NCBI GenBank assembly: GCA_963829055.1
Contig: CAWHHI010000003.1
Span: 518,540-582,539 of the forward strand
Length of the DNA stretch: 64,000 nt
Direction of reading: 5' to 3'
From: an uncultured Gemmatimonadaceae bacterium
GTDB lineage: Bacteria; Gemmatimonadota; Gemmatimonadetes; Gemmatimonadales; Gemmatimonadaceae
The position numbers and the translations under genes were made by a program. The notes under the pieces are model-generated. The model saw only the letters and a list, made by a program, of their open reading frames with translations. It had not been told where the DNA came from and did no database searches. Shown one piece after another: positions 1-9,878 of the stretch; the first letter of the stretch is position 1, and each line of letters begins with the position of its first letter.

Positions 1-1911
1 CGCCTCGCTGTAGATCTCCTGCTCTACGCGTTCGCGTTCGCGCTTGAACCGCTCCTTGAGTGAAGCGAACCACGCGAGGTCGATCGAGACACCCACCCAC
101 TCCATCTCGGCCAGGACCTGCAGTAGCGGAATCTCGATCTCGTGAAAGAGCGTCGTTAGGCCGTGCGTCTCGAGCTGCGGCTCGAAGATCGCGCGCAGCC
201 GAAACGCCATGTCGGCATCTTCACACGAGTAGTCCCGCGCTGCTTCGACCGGACACGCATCGAACGGGATCTCTGTCTTTCCCTTTCCGCACAACTCGTC
301 GTACGACGTCATCGTGTGGTCGAGGAACTCGAGCGCGAGGACGTCCAGCCCGTGCGAACGACGCCCCGGGTCGAGGACGTAGCTCGCCAGCATGGTATCG
401 AAGTCGAGTCCTCGCAGCGTTACGCCCGCGCGACGCAGTGAGAGGATGTCAGACTTCGCGTTCTGAGCGGTCTTCCGAACGGTGTCGTCCTCGAGCAGCT
501 CGCGGAGAGGAGTCATCGCGGCACTGTCGAGCGCTGGGAGATTTCGTACCGGCGACGTGCCTGTGGCGAGTAGACGCGCGGCGATGCTGGTGGGTTGCGC
601 TGCGGTTTTTTTTGCTTTCGCGGACGCCCGTGGCTTAGCTGTGACCGCCCGGCCGTTGGCGTCTCCGGTGGCATCGTCACCTCCTGCTACCGTGCCACGG
701 TCTTCCGGCGCGTCGGTTGGCGCGCGGTCGCCCGCGGCGTCGATCAACAGATCGCCCTGCGCCGGCTGCCACTCGCGATGGCTGAACGGCAGATAGAACG
801 CCTCACCTTCTGCTAGCGCGATCGACATCGACACTAAGCGAGACCGTAGCGGGTCGCCTCGCGTCGGCGCTCCCGGCTCGACGACGATCTCGGTATCGAT
901 CGCGATGTACTTCGCCTTGCGAGCTCGGGTCACGAGTCGCTCGACGCCCTGTACCGTGTCGATGACGGAGTACGTCGCGCTCGTCGCTTTTTCTGTCGTC
1001 GCCGGAACGACCACGTCCTTCACTAACGTGGTGAACTCGAGCTCGATGTAGATCTGCCGCAGGCGAGCCAGGTCCGCTGGCTGTACCCGGAGGCGGGAAC
1101 TGTCGAGCGCGATCGGGAGATCGTCTCTAATAGTCACTAATTCCTTCGACAACCGCGCCCGGCTCGCGTGCTCGAGCAACGCTTCACGCGGTCGTTTTTT
1201 CGTGATCTGGTCGGCCGACGACAGGATCGACTCGAGCGATCCGTACTCCGTGACGAGATCACGCGCCGTCTTGTCCCCGATTCCAGGAACACCCGGTACG
1301 TTGTCCGATGAGTCACCGACCAACGCCAGGTAATCGATGACGCGCTCCGGCGGCACACCCAAGCGTTCGCTGGCGTTTTCCGCGCCGACCCACTGTTCTT
1401 CGACGCTCGCTGGCCCGCCGCGACCCGGGTTGAGCAACCACACACCCGGCCGCACCAGCTGTTGGAAGTCCTTGTCTCCCGAAACGATGACGACGTTCAG
1501 TGACGCATCCACGGCCTGCTTGGCGAGCGTGCCGATCACGTCGTCGGCTTCGTACCCCTTGAGCGAGAGGACGGGGAATCGGTAGGCATCGAGAATCTCA
1601 CTGATCCGCTCCATGCCGCGATTGAAATCCGATTGGAGTTCTTCCGTGAGCTTTTCGCGGGTTGCCTTGTACGCCGGATATGTCTCGTGGCGGAAGGACA
1701 AGCCCGAATCATGGACCCAGCCTATGTACTCCGGCTTATGGTTGGCGATCAGCCGTTGGAGGAAGTTGACGACCCCCCAAGCCGCGGAGGTGTTCTCACC
1801 CTTGCTCGTGGTGAGTGGACGGGAAATCAGCGCGAAGAAAGCCCTGTAGATCAGGGCATATCCGTCGATCAGAAACAGACGCGGAGACGGTGGGGGCGAT
1901 ACGTCGGCCAC
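1..1911 (-). CDS. polA: DNA polymerase I (5' part; runs off the window edge)
   Basis: Manual translation from GTG 1911 gives RLFLIDGYALIYRAFFALISRPLTTSKGENT (5'-3' exonuclease N-terminus). Later DFDTMLASYVLDPGRRSHGLD and EIEIPLLQVLAEMEWVG are Pol I 3'-5' exonuclease/polymerase motifs. Absent from the ORF track because there is no stop inside the window. Confidence 0.96.
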   Translation of the reverse strand, partial: MADVSPPPSPRLFLIDGYALIYRAFFALISRPLTTSKGENTSAAWGVVNFLQRLIANHKPEYIGWVHDSGLSFRHETYPAYKATREKLTEELQSDFNRGMERISEILDAYRFPVLSLKGYEADDVIGTLAKQAVDASLNVVIVSGDKDFQQLVRPGVWLLNPGRGGPASVEEQWVGAENASERLGVPPERVIDYLALVGDSSDNVPGVPGIGDKTARDLVTEYGSLESILSSADQITKKRPREALLEHASRARLSKELVTIRDDLPIALDSSRLRVQPADLARLRQIYIELEFTTLVKDVVVPATTEKATSATYSVIDTVQGVERLVTRARKAKYIAIDTEIVVEPGAPTRGDPLRSRLVSMSIALAEGEAFYLPFSHREWQPAQGDLLIDAAGDRAPTDAPEDRGTVAGGDDATGDANGRAVTAKPRASAKAKKTAAQPTSIAARLLATGTSPVRNLPALDSAAMTPLRELLEDDTVRKTAQNAKSDILSLRRAGVTLRGLDFDTMLASYVLDPGRRSHGLDVLALEFLDHTMTSYDELCGKGKTEIPFDACPVEAARDYSCEDADMAFRLRAIFEPQLETHGLTTLFHEIEIPLLQVLAEMEWVGVSIDLAWFASLKERFKRERERVEQEIYSEA

Positions 1912-2097
1912 AGGCGTCGCTAGTTCGGGAATGGTCGAATGCACACAGCACGCGACAATGGCGTGCTCGATAGAAACTACCGGTCTGAACGCGGCATGGT
2001 GATCTACACGGGCATCGCGGCTCCATTCAGTGCGTATTCAGGTGTCTCGGACGCGGCGCTCTCATGGGCGCGCTGTCGGACCTGATCACGAGGGGCA

Positions 2098-2135
2098 TAA
2101 AAAACCCCCGCCTGCCGGTGAGGGCAGGCGGAGGC
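2098..2135 (-). terminator. Intrinsic terminator downstream of the cold-shock gene
   Basis: Minus strand reads CCTCCGCCTGCC-CTCACC-GGCAGGCGGGGG followed by TTTTTT. Confidence 0.8.
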
Positions 2136-2166
2136 AGACGTGGATGGCCTTCGATGTGTAGGTGTG

Positions 2167-2367
2167 CTAGACGCGTTGGACGTTCATCGCGTGGAGGCCT
2201 TTTGCACCTGTCTGAATCTCGAACTCGACTTCCTGACCTTCGACGAGGGTCTTGAACCCATCCATCACGATCGCCGAAAAGTGGACGAACACATCCTCGC
2301 CGCCATCCTGCTCAATGAAGCCATAGCCCTTCGCGTCATTGAACCACTTCACTTTCCCTCTGGCCAT
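2167..2367 (-). CDS. Cold-shock protein (CspA family), 66 aa
   Basis: [18 protein letters not shown]...DVFVHFSAI (RNP1/RNP2 motifs). Start moved to ATG 2367, which has an upstream GGAGG. Confidence 0.96.
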   Translation of the reverse strand: MARGKVKWFNDAKGYGFIEQDGGEDVFVHFSAIVMDGFKTLVEGQEVEFEIQTGAKGLHAMNVQRV

Positions 2368-2586
2368 GCAGCTGCCTCCTGCGGGGTGAACCGAGCCCGT
2401 GTCCAATGCACACAGGGCAAACCGACCCCGGTTTGCGGCCACCTATATAGACGCACCCTGCAAATTTGTCAAGAGAACACTATGTCCCACAACGACATAC
2501 CGTATCAGACCCATCAATAATATTACAGAAACATATGATATGGGCCCAGCAGCTAATGTGACCTACATCACAGTCTTACGACGCTT

Positions 2587-3978
2587 CTAGCGGTTCAACT
2601 CTCGCCGCATTAGCGCTTCAAATTCCGCGTCGCTACCCACTGTCATCCGCCAGCGTCCGAACCCGGTCTGATCGACAAAAACGACCTGCAACCGATGCCG
2701 CCGATACTCCCAGATCTGCGTTCGGCCACGCTGGTTGAGGTCGGTGGTATTGGGCTCATAGAACTGATCGGGTGCGCCTAGGGCAACGAGGACTCTGCCG
2801 CGATCTGTGAGCCATCCGATGTCGCCTTCTTCACGAAACCGCACGTTGGCCTGCGCGATTCGGGCGAAATAGTCACGGAGTGCTTCGTTAACAGGCGTTG
2901 CCGGATCACGGTCAGTCTCGCGCAGAAAGGTCGCCCATGCGTTTGCTCGGGCGTCTGGCGGAGCATCTCGCAGGCTCTGGAGGCGCGCCGGAGACCCGAA
3001 ATACCGGAGATAGTTGATCATCTCAGTGAACGTCGCGACCGGTAGATCCTCACCAAAGGTGACAAAGACGGGCGTCCTCATCGTATCAGGTCTGCCGGAG
3101 TGAGTAATGGCCAAGGTGAGTGCCCCTACTCCGAGCCGAGTAACCGGGACTCTGACGATGCCGCTGAAGATGTCCCCATTCCTTGGCAGCGAGGTCGTAT
3201 CGGACCATACCGGAGTGGACGTGTTCTCGCCGAACACCGCCGTACGCAGCGGAAGAACGCTTCCGTCGCCGTACCCTTCGACGTACACCAGCAGTGTCGA
3301 GTCCTGGCCAAACGTGATGGTCGCTCGCGGCGTCGGAACGATTCTGGGTAGAGAGTCCAGCGATCGACGAGGCGTCACCTCATAGACCGGAATCGGTGAC
3401 GACAACGATCCGGTGGTCACTCGCGGCACATTGACCGTCGCTTCTATCGAGCTGCCTTTTCCGCCAGCGTCGTCCCGGAGAGAGAAGCTCAGACTGTATG
3501 ACCCCGGTCGAGCCATGACCACCTGCTGATACAACACGCTCTCATCGGAGCGGGTAGTCTCCTTGAACGCCGCAACACGTACCACCTGGTGCGATTCGAT
3601 GCGACGGGCAGCTTCGTCACCTCGCGTCAGCGACAACGTCGCGGAATACGACGCTCGGTACCGATCGTTCTCTTTGACAAACGTCAACGCGCGTGACGGG
3701 ACGGATACCGTCAACAGGAACAGCGTCGAATCCGCCGACTTGTTCCCGAGGAACGCCACACTTCCGACGAATGGCGTGTCCCCGTCCTCAGCGAGCAATC
3801 CCATTTGCCGGTAAAGGCGCACAGCATCGGGCTGACTCGGGACAGCACGAGGGGCGGACGGCGCTTGTGGCGCGGGCGCTTGAGGCGGACGTCGATTTCC
3901 TCCACCACACGCCACACCGAGGAACAACGGGACAACTGCAGCGAGCGTCGGACACGACGCGAACGAGAAACGAGACAT
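2587..3978 (-). CDS. GWxTD domain lipoprotein
   Basis: Lipobox LGVAC; C-terminal GWLTDRGRVLVALGAPD...QIWEY motif. Confidence 0.88.
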   Translation of the reverse strand: MSRFSFASCPTLAAVVPLFLGVACGGGNRRPPQAPAPQAPSAPRAVPSQPDAVRLYRQMGLLAEDGDTPFVGSVAFLGNKSADSTLFLLTVSVPSRALTFVKENDRYRASYSATLSLTRGDEAARRIESHQVVRVAAFKETTRSDESVLYQQVVMARPGSYSLSFSLRDDAGGKGSSIEATVNVPRVTTGSLSSPIPVYEVTPRRSLDSLPRIVPTPRATITFGQDSTLLVYVEGYGDGSVLPLRTAVFGENTSTPVWSDTTSLPRNGDIFSGIVRVPVTRLGVGALTLAITHSGRPDTMRTPVFVTFGEDLPVATFTEMINYLRYFGSPARLQSLRDAPPDARANAWATFLRETDRDPATPVNEALRDYFARIAQANVRFREEGDIGWLTDRGRVLVALGAPDQFYEPNTTDLNQRGRTQIWEYRRHRLQVVFVDQTGFGRWRMTVGSDAEFEALMRRELNR

Positions 3979-4072
3979 GGAATAAGCAGTATATGAGTCA
4001 GTTCACAAAAGTTCTTGTCTTCGGTCGTGTATATCGCTTGCCGCCACCGGTCTGCGGGATTAGGTTCGCCGC

Positions 4073-4981
4073 GTGTCACGCGATACGCTCGTCGGTACCA
4101 CGCTTGCCGGGTACAGCATAAAGGACATGGTCGGGGAGGGAGGTACCTCCGCCGTCTACCGTGCAGACCATCCCCAACACGGGGTGGTCGCCCTCAAGGT
4201 GCTCCGAGAAAAGCTGCGACAGGACAGGACCGCTGTCGCGCGCTTTCTGCGGGAAGCGAAGTTCGGTACGCGTGTCGAGCACCCGAATGTGGTGCGGACG
4301 ATCGAAACCGGTGAATCAGGGCCGGGAGGGCTGCACTACCTCGCGATCGAGTGGGCCGCCGGTGAGATTCTCGAGCGATACGCGAAACGCAACGCTCCGC
4401 TACCCCGCGAAGAGGTCGCCCGTATCGTAATCCAGATTGGCGATGCGGTGCAGGCCGCTCACTCTGCCGGCATTGTCCATCGCGATCTGAAGCCTGACAA
4501 CGTGATGTATGATCCCGAATCGCATCAGGTCAAGCTTCTCGATTTCGGAATCGCGGCAGCGACCGATACGGCGCCAGACGAGAGATTGACGCGAGCGGGG
4601 TTCTTCGTCGGAACCCTCATGTACGTTGCGCCAGAAGCGCTGAGCGGAGAGCTGGTGACGCCAGCGGCAGATCAGTACAGTCTCGCGACGATCGCCTACT
4701 TTCTGCTCACGGGTTCGTTGCCCTACCTCGCGAAAACACCGCGCGAGATGTTCACGCAGCTGCTCTCTCAGCCGCCGATCCCACTCAATCGTGCCCGTCC
4801 GAACCTTGTGTTCGGACCACAGGTTGAGGCAGTCATTATGCGTGGATTGGCCAAGCAGCCGACCGATCGGTATCCGGACGTGATTTCCTTCGCCACCGAT
4901 CTCCGAAAGGCGTTGCTCTCGGCGTCTGCTGAAGACACCGGATTCCTGGCGAAGATGAAAGGCCTGTTCGGAAAGAAGTAG
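4073..4981 (+). CDS. Hanks-type Ser/Thr protein kinase (stand-alone, soluble)
   Basis: VGEGG, VALK, HRDLKPDN, DFG, GTLMYVAPE and DQYSL motifs. Confidence 0.95.
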   Translation: MSRDTLVGTTLAGYSIKDMVGEGGTSAVYRADHPQHGVVALKVLREKLRQDRTAVARFLREAKFGTRVEHPNVVRTIETGESGPGGLHYLAIEWAAGEILERYAKRNAPLPREEVARIVIQIGDAVQAAHSAGIVHRDLKPDNVMYDPESHQVKLLDFGIAAATDTAPDERLTRAGFFVGTLMYVAPEALSGELVTPAADQYSLATIAYFLLTGSLPYLAKTPREMFTQLLSQPPIPLNRARPNLVFGPQVEAVIMRGLAKQPTDRYPDVISFATDLRKALLSASAEDTGFLAKMKGLFGKK

Positions 4982-5013
4982 CCGAACGCCAGAGGCTCTT
5001 CTGCATCGAGTGG

Positions 5014-6702
5014 CTATGCCGCTCGATCGCCCTGCAGGTCCGCTGGATCGACCGGCAGCCACACCGTAAACACGGATCCACGTCCCAACTCACTCTCGAC
5101 GGTGAGGTCGCCGCCGAGTAGCCGTGCGAGTCGGCGGGAGATCGAGAGCCCAAGCCCTGTTCCACGCCGCATGGAATCCCCTCGGGGGCCGGCGTTGACT
5201 TGCTCGAACTCATCGAAGATCCGGTCACGATCCTTGTCCGGAATCCCGGTTCCGCTGTCCGCGACTTGTAGTGCGATCCACACCTCATCCGGCCGCGGAG
5301 ATCTGGCGAGTAACGCCGATGCGGTACGCATGATGGAGGATCCGTCCGTTTCCTTGCCCGACCCAACCAGCTTCCCGCGGACGGAAATTCCACCGTTGCT
5401 CGTGAACTTGACCGCGTTACCCAAGAGATTGATGAGAATCTGACGGAGATGAGTCGGATCCGTTCGAACTCGCGGAAGCGATGCGCCGATTGCCAGCGAA
5501 AACCCGAGCCCCTTCTCGGTGATTAGCGGCTCGACTTCGCTGGCGACATCGAAGACGAACGGCCGCAGCTCGATCGGCTCGGCGTGCACTTCCAGCCGGC
5601 CGGCTGCCATTTTCGCGAGGTCGAGCACTTGATCGACTAGATGTCGCAGATGATTGGCAGACGCTTCAATGCGCTCGACAGGACCAACCTGGCGCGCGTT
5701 GAGCGCTCCGTAGACGCCATCGCGCAGTAGATCCACGAACCCGACGATGGCGTTGAGCGGCGTACGCAGCTCGTGTGAGACGTTGGCCAGGAATTCACTC
5801 TTCGCGCGGTTCGCTCGTAGGAGTTCGGCAGACAAATGTTCCAGCTCACTGGATCGATCGGCGATCCGGCTTGCCTCTCGGCGTTCGAGGAAAAGTCCGA
5901 TCCCCAAGCCAGCTATCGCACCTAAGCCAACGACCCAGAGCGCGATTCTGACGCCGCGCCCGGAAGGCACGTAGGTCATCCTGATCGTCCACTCACCGCT
6001 GAACGGCGTGGTGATGGCCTGTTCGAGCGTACGACGGCCTTTCTGCGGCAAAACGGCGTTCAGGTTGAGAATAGTGTCGGACGACGCCTGGATCAGGATC
6101 GCGAAGGCCTTCGCGCGCTGCTGACGCTGCAGCAGAGCCCCAAGAGAGTCGATCGATGTCGCTCCAACCAGCGTTGCCGTGATCGGCGTTCGCACCGATT
6201 CGATGAAGAGCAACGATCGCTGACCGTGGTCGTCGTGAACGCGCACTTCCGGCAAGTCGCTCGAAGGACGGCCCATACTGTCTGCAGGTTCGCCGGACGG
6301 TCGGCGGTGGGCTGCGATCGCTGCGCCGACGGGTGGAGTGTTCATGCCTTTTCGGAGAGCCACAGCCGAGCGGATAGACGTCGTCGAATCACCTATCCAG
6401 AGGGCATCGAATCCGGCAGCAATGTCGGGAAACTGGCGCGTGACGATGGGCAGACTGTCAGTCGCCCACCCGCTATCGAGCCAGCGATTGTCGACGATCC
6501 GTTCCGCGGTTCGAAGTTCGGTCAGGTGTCGAAGCAAGAACACCTCGACCAACGTGGCGGTCTCGGAGAGCACCAGGGCTGCGCGGTCCTTTTCCGCACG
6601 CGCCATCTCGCGGTCGGTTCGGAGAACGCCGACCACCACGAACGCCAACGCCACCAGTAGTGCGGTTGGTGCGATTCGACCACGAATTGGTGCAGAACTC
6701 AT
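5014..6702 (-). CDS. Membrane sensor histidine kinase
   Basis: Two TM segments; H-box FLANVSHELRTPL; N-box LINLLGNAVKFT; G boxes DSGTGI and GTGLGL. Confidence 0.93.
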   Translation of the reverse strand: MSSAPIRGRIAPTALLVALAFVVVGVLRTDREMARAEKDRAALVLSETATLVEVFLLRHLTELRTAERIVDNRWLDSGWATDSLPIVTRQFPDIAAGFDALWIGDSTTSIRSAVALRKGMNTPPVGAAIAAHRRPSGEPADSMGRPSSDLPEVRVHDDHGQRSLLFIESVRTPITATLVGATSIDSLGALLQRQQRAKAFAILIQASSDTILNLNAVLPQKGRRTLEQAITTPFSGEWTIRMTYVPSGRGVRIALWVVGLGAIAGLGIGLFLERREASRIADRSSELEHLSAELLRANRAKSEFLANVSHELRTPLNAIVGFVDLLRDGVYGALNARQVGPVERIEASANHLRHLVDQVLDLAKMAAGRLEVHAEPIELRPFVFDVASEVEPLITEKGLGFSLAIGASLPRVRTDPTHLRQILINLLGNAVKFTSNGGISVRGKLVGSGKETDGSSIMRTASALLARSPRPDEVWIALQVADSGTGIPDKDRDRIFDEFEQVNAGPRGDSMRRGTGLGLSISRRLARLLGGDLTVESELGRGSVFTVWLPVDPADLQGDRAA

Positions 6703-6793
6703 GACCGAATCCAAAGAGCAAAAGGGAGAGCGCGCGCGAGCGTAGCGCAGTGTTCGTTGACGCAGTCAGCGTCGTGATCTATGCTCTCCATTC

Positions 6794-7351
6794 ATGAGCT
6801 CTTCACTCGATGATCTTCAGCAGCTACTCGCCGAGCGGTCCGCGCGGCGCGGCAAGTTTACATTGTCTTCTGGCCGAGAATCAACGTTATACATCGATGC
6901 TCGACTGACAACCATGAGTCCCGAGGGGCTCGTCCTCATTGGCCAGCTCGGGCTCGAATCGCTCGAACAGCATGGCTGGGACGTTGAGGCAATCGGTGGA
7001 CTCACGTTGGGGGCTGATCCGGTCGCGTTTGCCGTCGCGTACACCAGTGCGAAAACTCCTCACCCTATTCGCGCGTTCACCGTCCGCAAGGAAGCAAAAA
7101 CCCACGGAGCTGGGCGTCTCGTCGAAGGCCCCGTCGCATCCGGTGACCGCGTGGCGATCGTTGAAGATGTCATCACCACCGGTGCGTCTGCGTTGCGAGC
7201 CGTCTCGGCGGTCAAGGACATCGGGGGGACCGTCGTTGGTGTTCTGGCGGTCGTGGACCGCGAAGAAGGCGGCAGAGAAGCGCTCGAGAAAGAGGGTCTA
7301 CAGGTCATCGCGTTGACCACGGCGAGTCAGATCATCGGGCGCATGGCATGA
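6794..7351 (+). CDS. pyrE: Orotate phosphoribosyltransferase
   Basis: GKFTLSSGRES, VRKEAKTHG and the PRPP motif VEDVITTGAS. Confidence 0.95.
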   Translation: MSSSLDDLQQLLAERSARRGKFTLSSGRESTLYIDARLTTMSPEGLVLIGQLGLESLEQHGWDVEAIGGLTLGADPVAFAVAYTSAKTPHPIRAFTVRKEAKTHGAGRLVEGPVASGDRVAIVEDVITTGASALRAVSAVKDIGGTVVGVLAVVDREEGGREALEKEGLQVIALTTASQIIGRMA

Positions 7352-7483
7352 GATGACAGTGGCATTGTCAGAACGCAGCCCTGGTACCAGCCTAACGAGA
7401 ACCAAGGGATGGGGGCCGTCGCCACAGTCATTACAACGACGGCACCTCCACCTTCCGCCCGGGTGTTTCGCTATTCGCGTTGG

Positions 7484-8371
7484 CTAGGTCAGACGACTGC
7501 TTTCCCGCACGAGTGGCATAGAGAGTGGCGTGAACCCGCGGAGTGTCGTTAGGTACGGCAGGACCAGGTCCGCACGAAACCGTTGAAGCATCCCTTCTCC
7601 GTCGTAACGTTGCCGAAATTCGACCGCCGTCATGTGGATGAGTCCACGAACGTGCCGGCCAAAGCTCTGCGGCGAGGAGTAGTCCAGTCGATTGGCGACG
7701 TTCGCGACCGAGAGGCCAGGATTCTCGAACAGCTGCGCCGCTCGGACGAGTCGTGCGGTGGCGAGGTAGCGTTTCGGAGCGGGTAGTTGCGCTCTGAAGA
7801 ATCGGCTCATGAGCGTGCTCGGAATTACGCCGAGGTAGCGCGAGAGCGATCTGATTGTTCCAATGCCGCCCGGAAGGCCGAATAGCGCTTCGAAGAACCG
7901 CCAGCAATCCGGGTGAGCACCGGCGAGATCTGTGGATAGCTGCGCCAGAGCAAGACGACTGACGTCACGCGATTGGTCAGCGAGTAGTACGTCGCGTAAC
8001 ACGCGCCACCCGGCTGGTTGACGTACATCAACGAGCGTTTGAACTCCACTGCGGCCTAACGTCAGTACGGCGGTTGGAGCGTTCGGCTCGAGCTCCGTGA
8101 GAAGCGCAACTGTGGGCACACGAGGGAACTCACGGACCAGGGTTGCCACCCGCGTAGCATCACGCGGACCACATCGCGTCACGGATACCAATACCGCAGA
8201 GGCCCGTTGCTCTTTGACGTCACGAATGACGTCGTCAATCGTGTCACGGTGAAGGGCGGTGTACAGCCCCTCCCCAGCCGCATCGACTCGGAGCCGCTCG
8301 GAAGGCATCAGAATGGTCGATACCGGGGCCAGCACCAGGCGAGGCTGGAACGTGGAATGCATGGCAGTCAC
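7484..8371 (-). CDS. AraC-family HTH regulator with receiver-like N-terminal domain
   Basis: C-terminal SVANVANRLDYSSPQSFGRHVR...TAVEFRQR AraC signature. Confidence 0.8.
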   Translation of the reverse strand: MTAMHSTFQPRLVLAPVSTILMPSERLRVDAAGEGLYTALHRDTIDDVIRDVKEQRASAVLVSVTRCGPRDATRVATLVREFPRVPTVALLTELEPNAPTAVLTLGRSGVQTLVDVRQPAGWRVLRDVLLADQSRDVSRLALAQLSTDLAGAHPDCWRFFEALFGLPGGIGTIRSLSRYLGVIPSTLMSRFFRAQLPAPKRYLATARLVRAAQLFENPGLSVANVANRLDYSSPQSFGRHVRGLIHMTAVEFRQRYDGEGMLQRFRADLVLPYLTTLRGFTPLSMPLVRESSRLT

Positions 8372-8493
8372 CTCTCTCGGGTTGCTCGGGAAACGAGGTC
8401 ATCGTTGCATTTCCACGGTACCAGCAGGCGTCAGTAGGGCGTCATTTCACTCCATGAGACCGATGATTGGATGGTACATTTTGGACGGAGGAT

Positions 8494-8913
8494 TCATAGC
8501 TGACCGGACGGTCGCGGTAGTGCGCTCGTCGCACTAGCGAGGAAAGTCCGGGCTCCATGGACGAGCTGCCAGGTAACGCCTGGGCATGATTTGGTCGTTC
8601 ACCGGTGTATCGGGGTTCAGCCGAATCTATGACGGCCAGTGCCACAGAAAACAGACCGCCCGATGGGCGTACGCTGCCCACAGGGTAAGGGTGAAAAGGT
8701 GGGGTAAGAGCCCACCGCGTTCATGGCAACATGGACGGCACGGTAAACCCCTGCTGGAGCAAGGCCAAATAGGTGGCGAGGGACTGTCCTTCCCGACAAA
8801 GACGCCACGGGTAGGCTGCTAGAGGGCATGGGCGACCATGCTCCAAGAGAAATGACCGTCCGGGCGAGGTTCGTTACTCACCCGACAGAACCCGGCTTAC
8901 AGGTCAGCTATGA
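8494..8913 (+). ncRNA. rnpB: RNase P RNA (type A)
   Basis: GAGGAAAGTCCGGGCTCC, AGTGCCACAGAAAACAGACCGCC, GGTAAGAGCCCACC, GGTAAACCCC..GGAGCAAG and ACAGAACCCGGCTTA. The P1 ends TCATAGCTGACC / GGTCAGCTATGA pair. Confidence 0.97.
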
Positions 8914-9842
8914 GCTCCTCACACGCCTCAGCCCCCTACACCAGACGGTATAGGGGGCTGAGTGCATTCCTGGTTCGATGGCTCGCAATTCTGAGTGTGA
9001 TATCGGCGTGTACAGCGCAGAAGCCTCAGATCGTCTCGACACCGATTCCGAGCGGGCCTAACGCGCAGAGTCGATCCGATTCTCTCGGTACGCCAGTCAG
9101 ATCAGTACTCACGATCTATCAGCCGGGCGATGTTCAATACGCAGTCCAGATGAAATCGATCGTACAGGTTGTGATGGGTGACTCGATTCCTCGAGTCGAT
9201 TCTTCGCACCTGAGAGCTGTCTTGTCAGCAAAGTACGTAGCCACGCCACAATCGCGGTTCATTCGCGCAACTGTAGTAGCTGATTCCGTAGTGCTGTCGA
9301 CATTTGCTGCTAGCACTGGTACAACGGCACTGCCTAACCAGTCCTACTCCATGGACGTTGATCCAACGAGTGGCAGGGGCACTGTCGCACGGTCGGTGTC
9401 GTCCTGCTCGCAGGATGTTATCGAGGCACCGTTTCACGGTGATGAGGTGGTTCCCACGGTTCCTTCGAATTCTGCCACGCAGTTCTGGGCTGATACGACG
9501 AACTACAGCGCTTGCCGAGGGGGAGTCTCACTACGTTTTACTCGAGTATCCAATTACCAACGCGACACGGTCACCGTTGGTACAGCCGCCGAAGCATTGG
9601 CTCGAATAGTCAGAACAACAGAAGTTCTGATCACCGGTAGCGGATCTCAGTGGCAACAACCTGTCGAAGCATCGGGTCACGGTACGGCAGTGGACACACT
9701 GATGATTAGTGTCAGCCGCTCCCGTTTACAGAGTATCTCGGGTTCCACTCAACTTGAAATGAGCTTCAAGTCAGCATTACGATCACAGCGTTTCACACAA
9801 GCAACTACGACGCAGATCATCGCCAGGCCTAACGCCCACTGA
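8910..9842 (+). CDS. Hypothetical beta-rich exported protein/lipoprotein (true start probably downstream of the rnpB hairpin)
   Basis: 310-aa ORF with a lipobox-like VISAC; no family recognised. Confidence 0.6.
   Translation: MSSSHASAPYTRRYRGLSAFLVRWLAILSVISACTAQKPQIVSTPIPSGPNAQSRSDSLGTPVRSVLTIYQPGDVQYAVQMKSIVQVVMGDSIPRVDSSHLRAVLSAKYVATPQSRFIRATVVADSVVLSTFAASTGTTALPNQSYSMDVDPTSGRGTVARSVSSCSQDVIEAPFHGDEVVPTVPSNSATQFWADTTNYSACRGGVSLRFTRVSNYQRDTVTVGTAAEALARIVRTTEVLITGSGSQWQQPVEASGHGTAVDTLMISVSRSRLQSISGSTQLEMSFKSALRSQRFTQATTTQIIARPNAH
8927..8962 (+). terminator. Hairpin immediately after rnpB
   Basis: CTCAGCCCCCTACACC-AGAC-GGTATAGGGGGCTGAG inverted repeat with a weak U-tail. Confidence 0.55.
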
Positions 9843-9878
9843 TCATTCCTGAAAGTCGCCGGTGTAAAACGATGAGCT

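Noticed and set aside
8442..8829. Short ORFs overlapping rnpB
   Set aside because: The region is fully explained by RNase P RNA.
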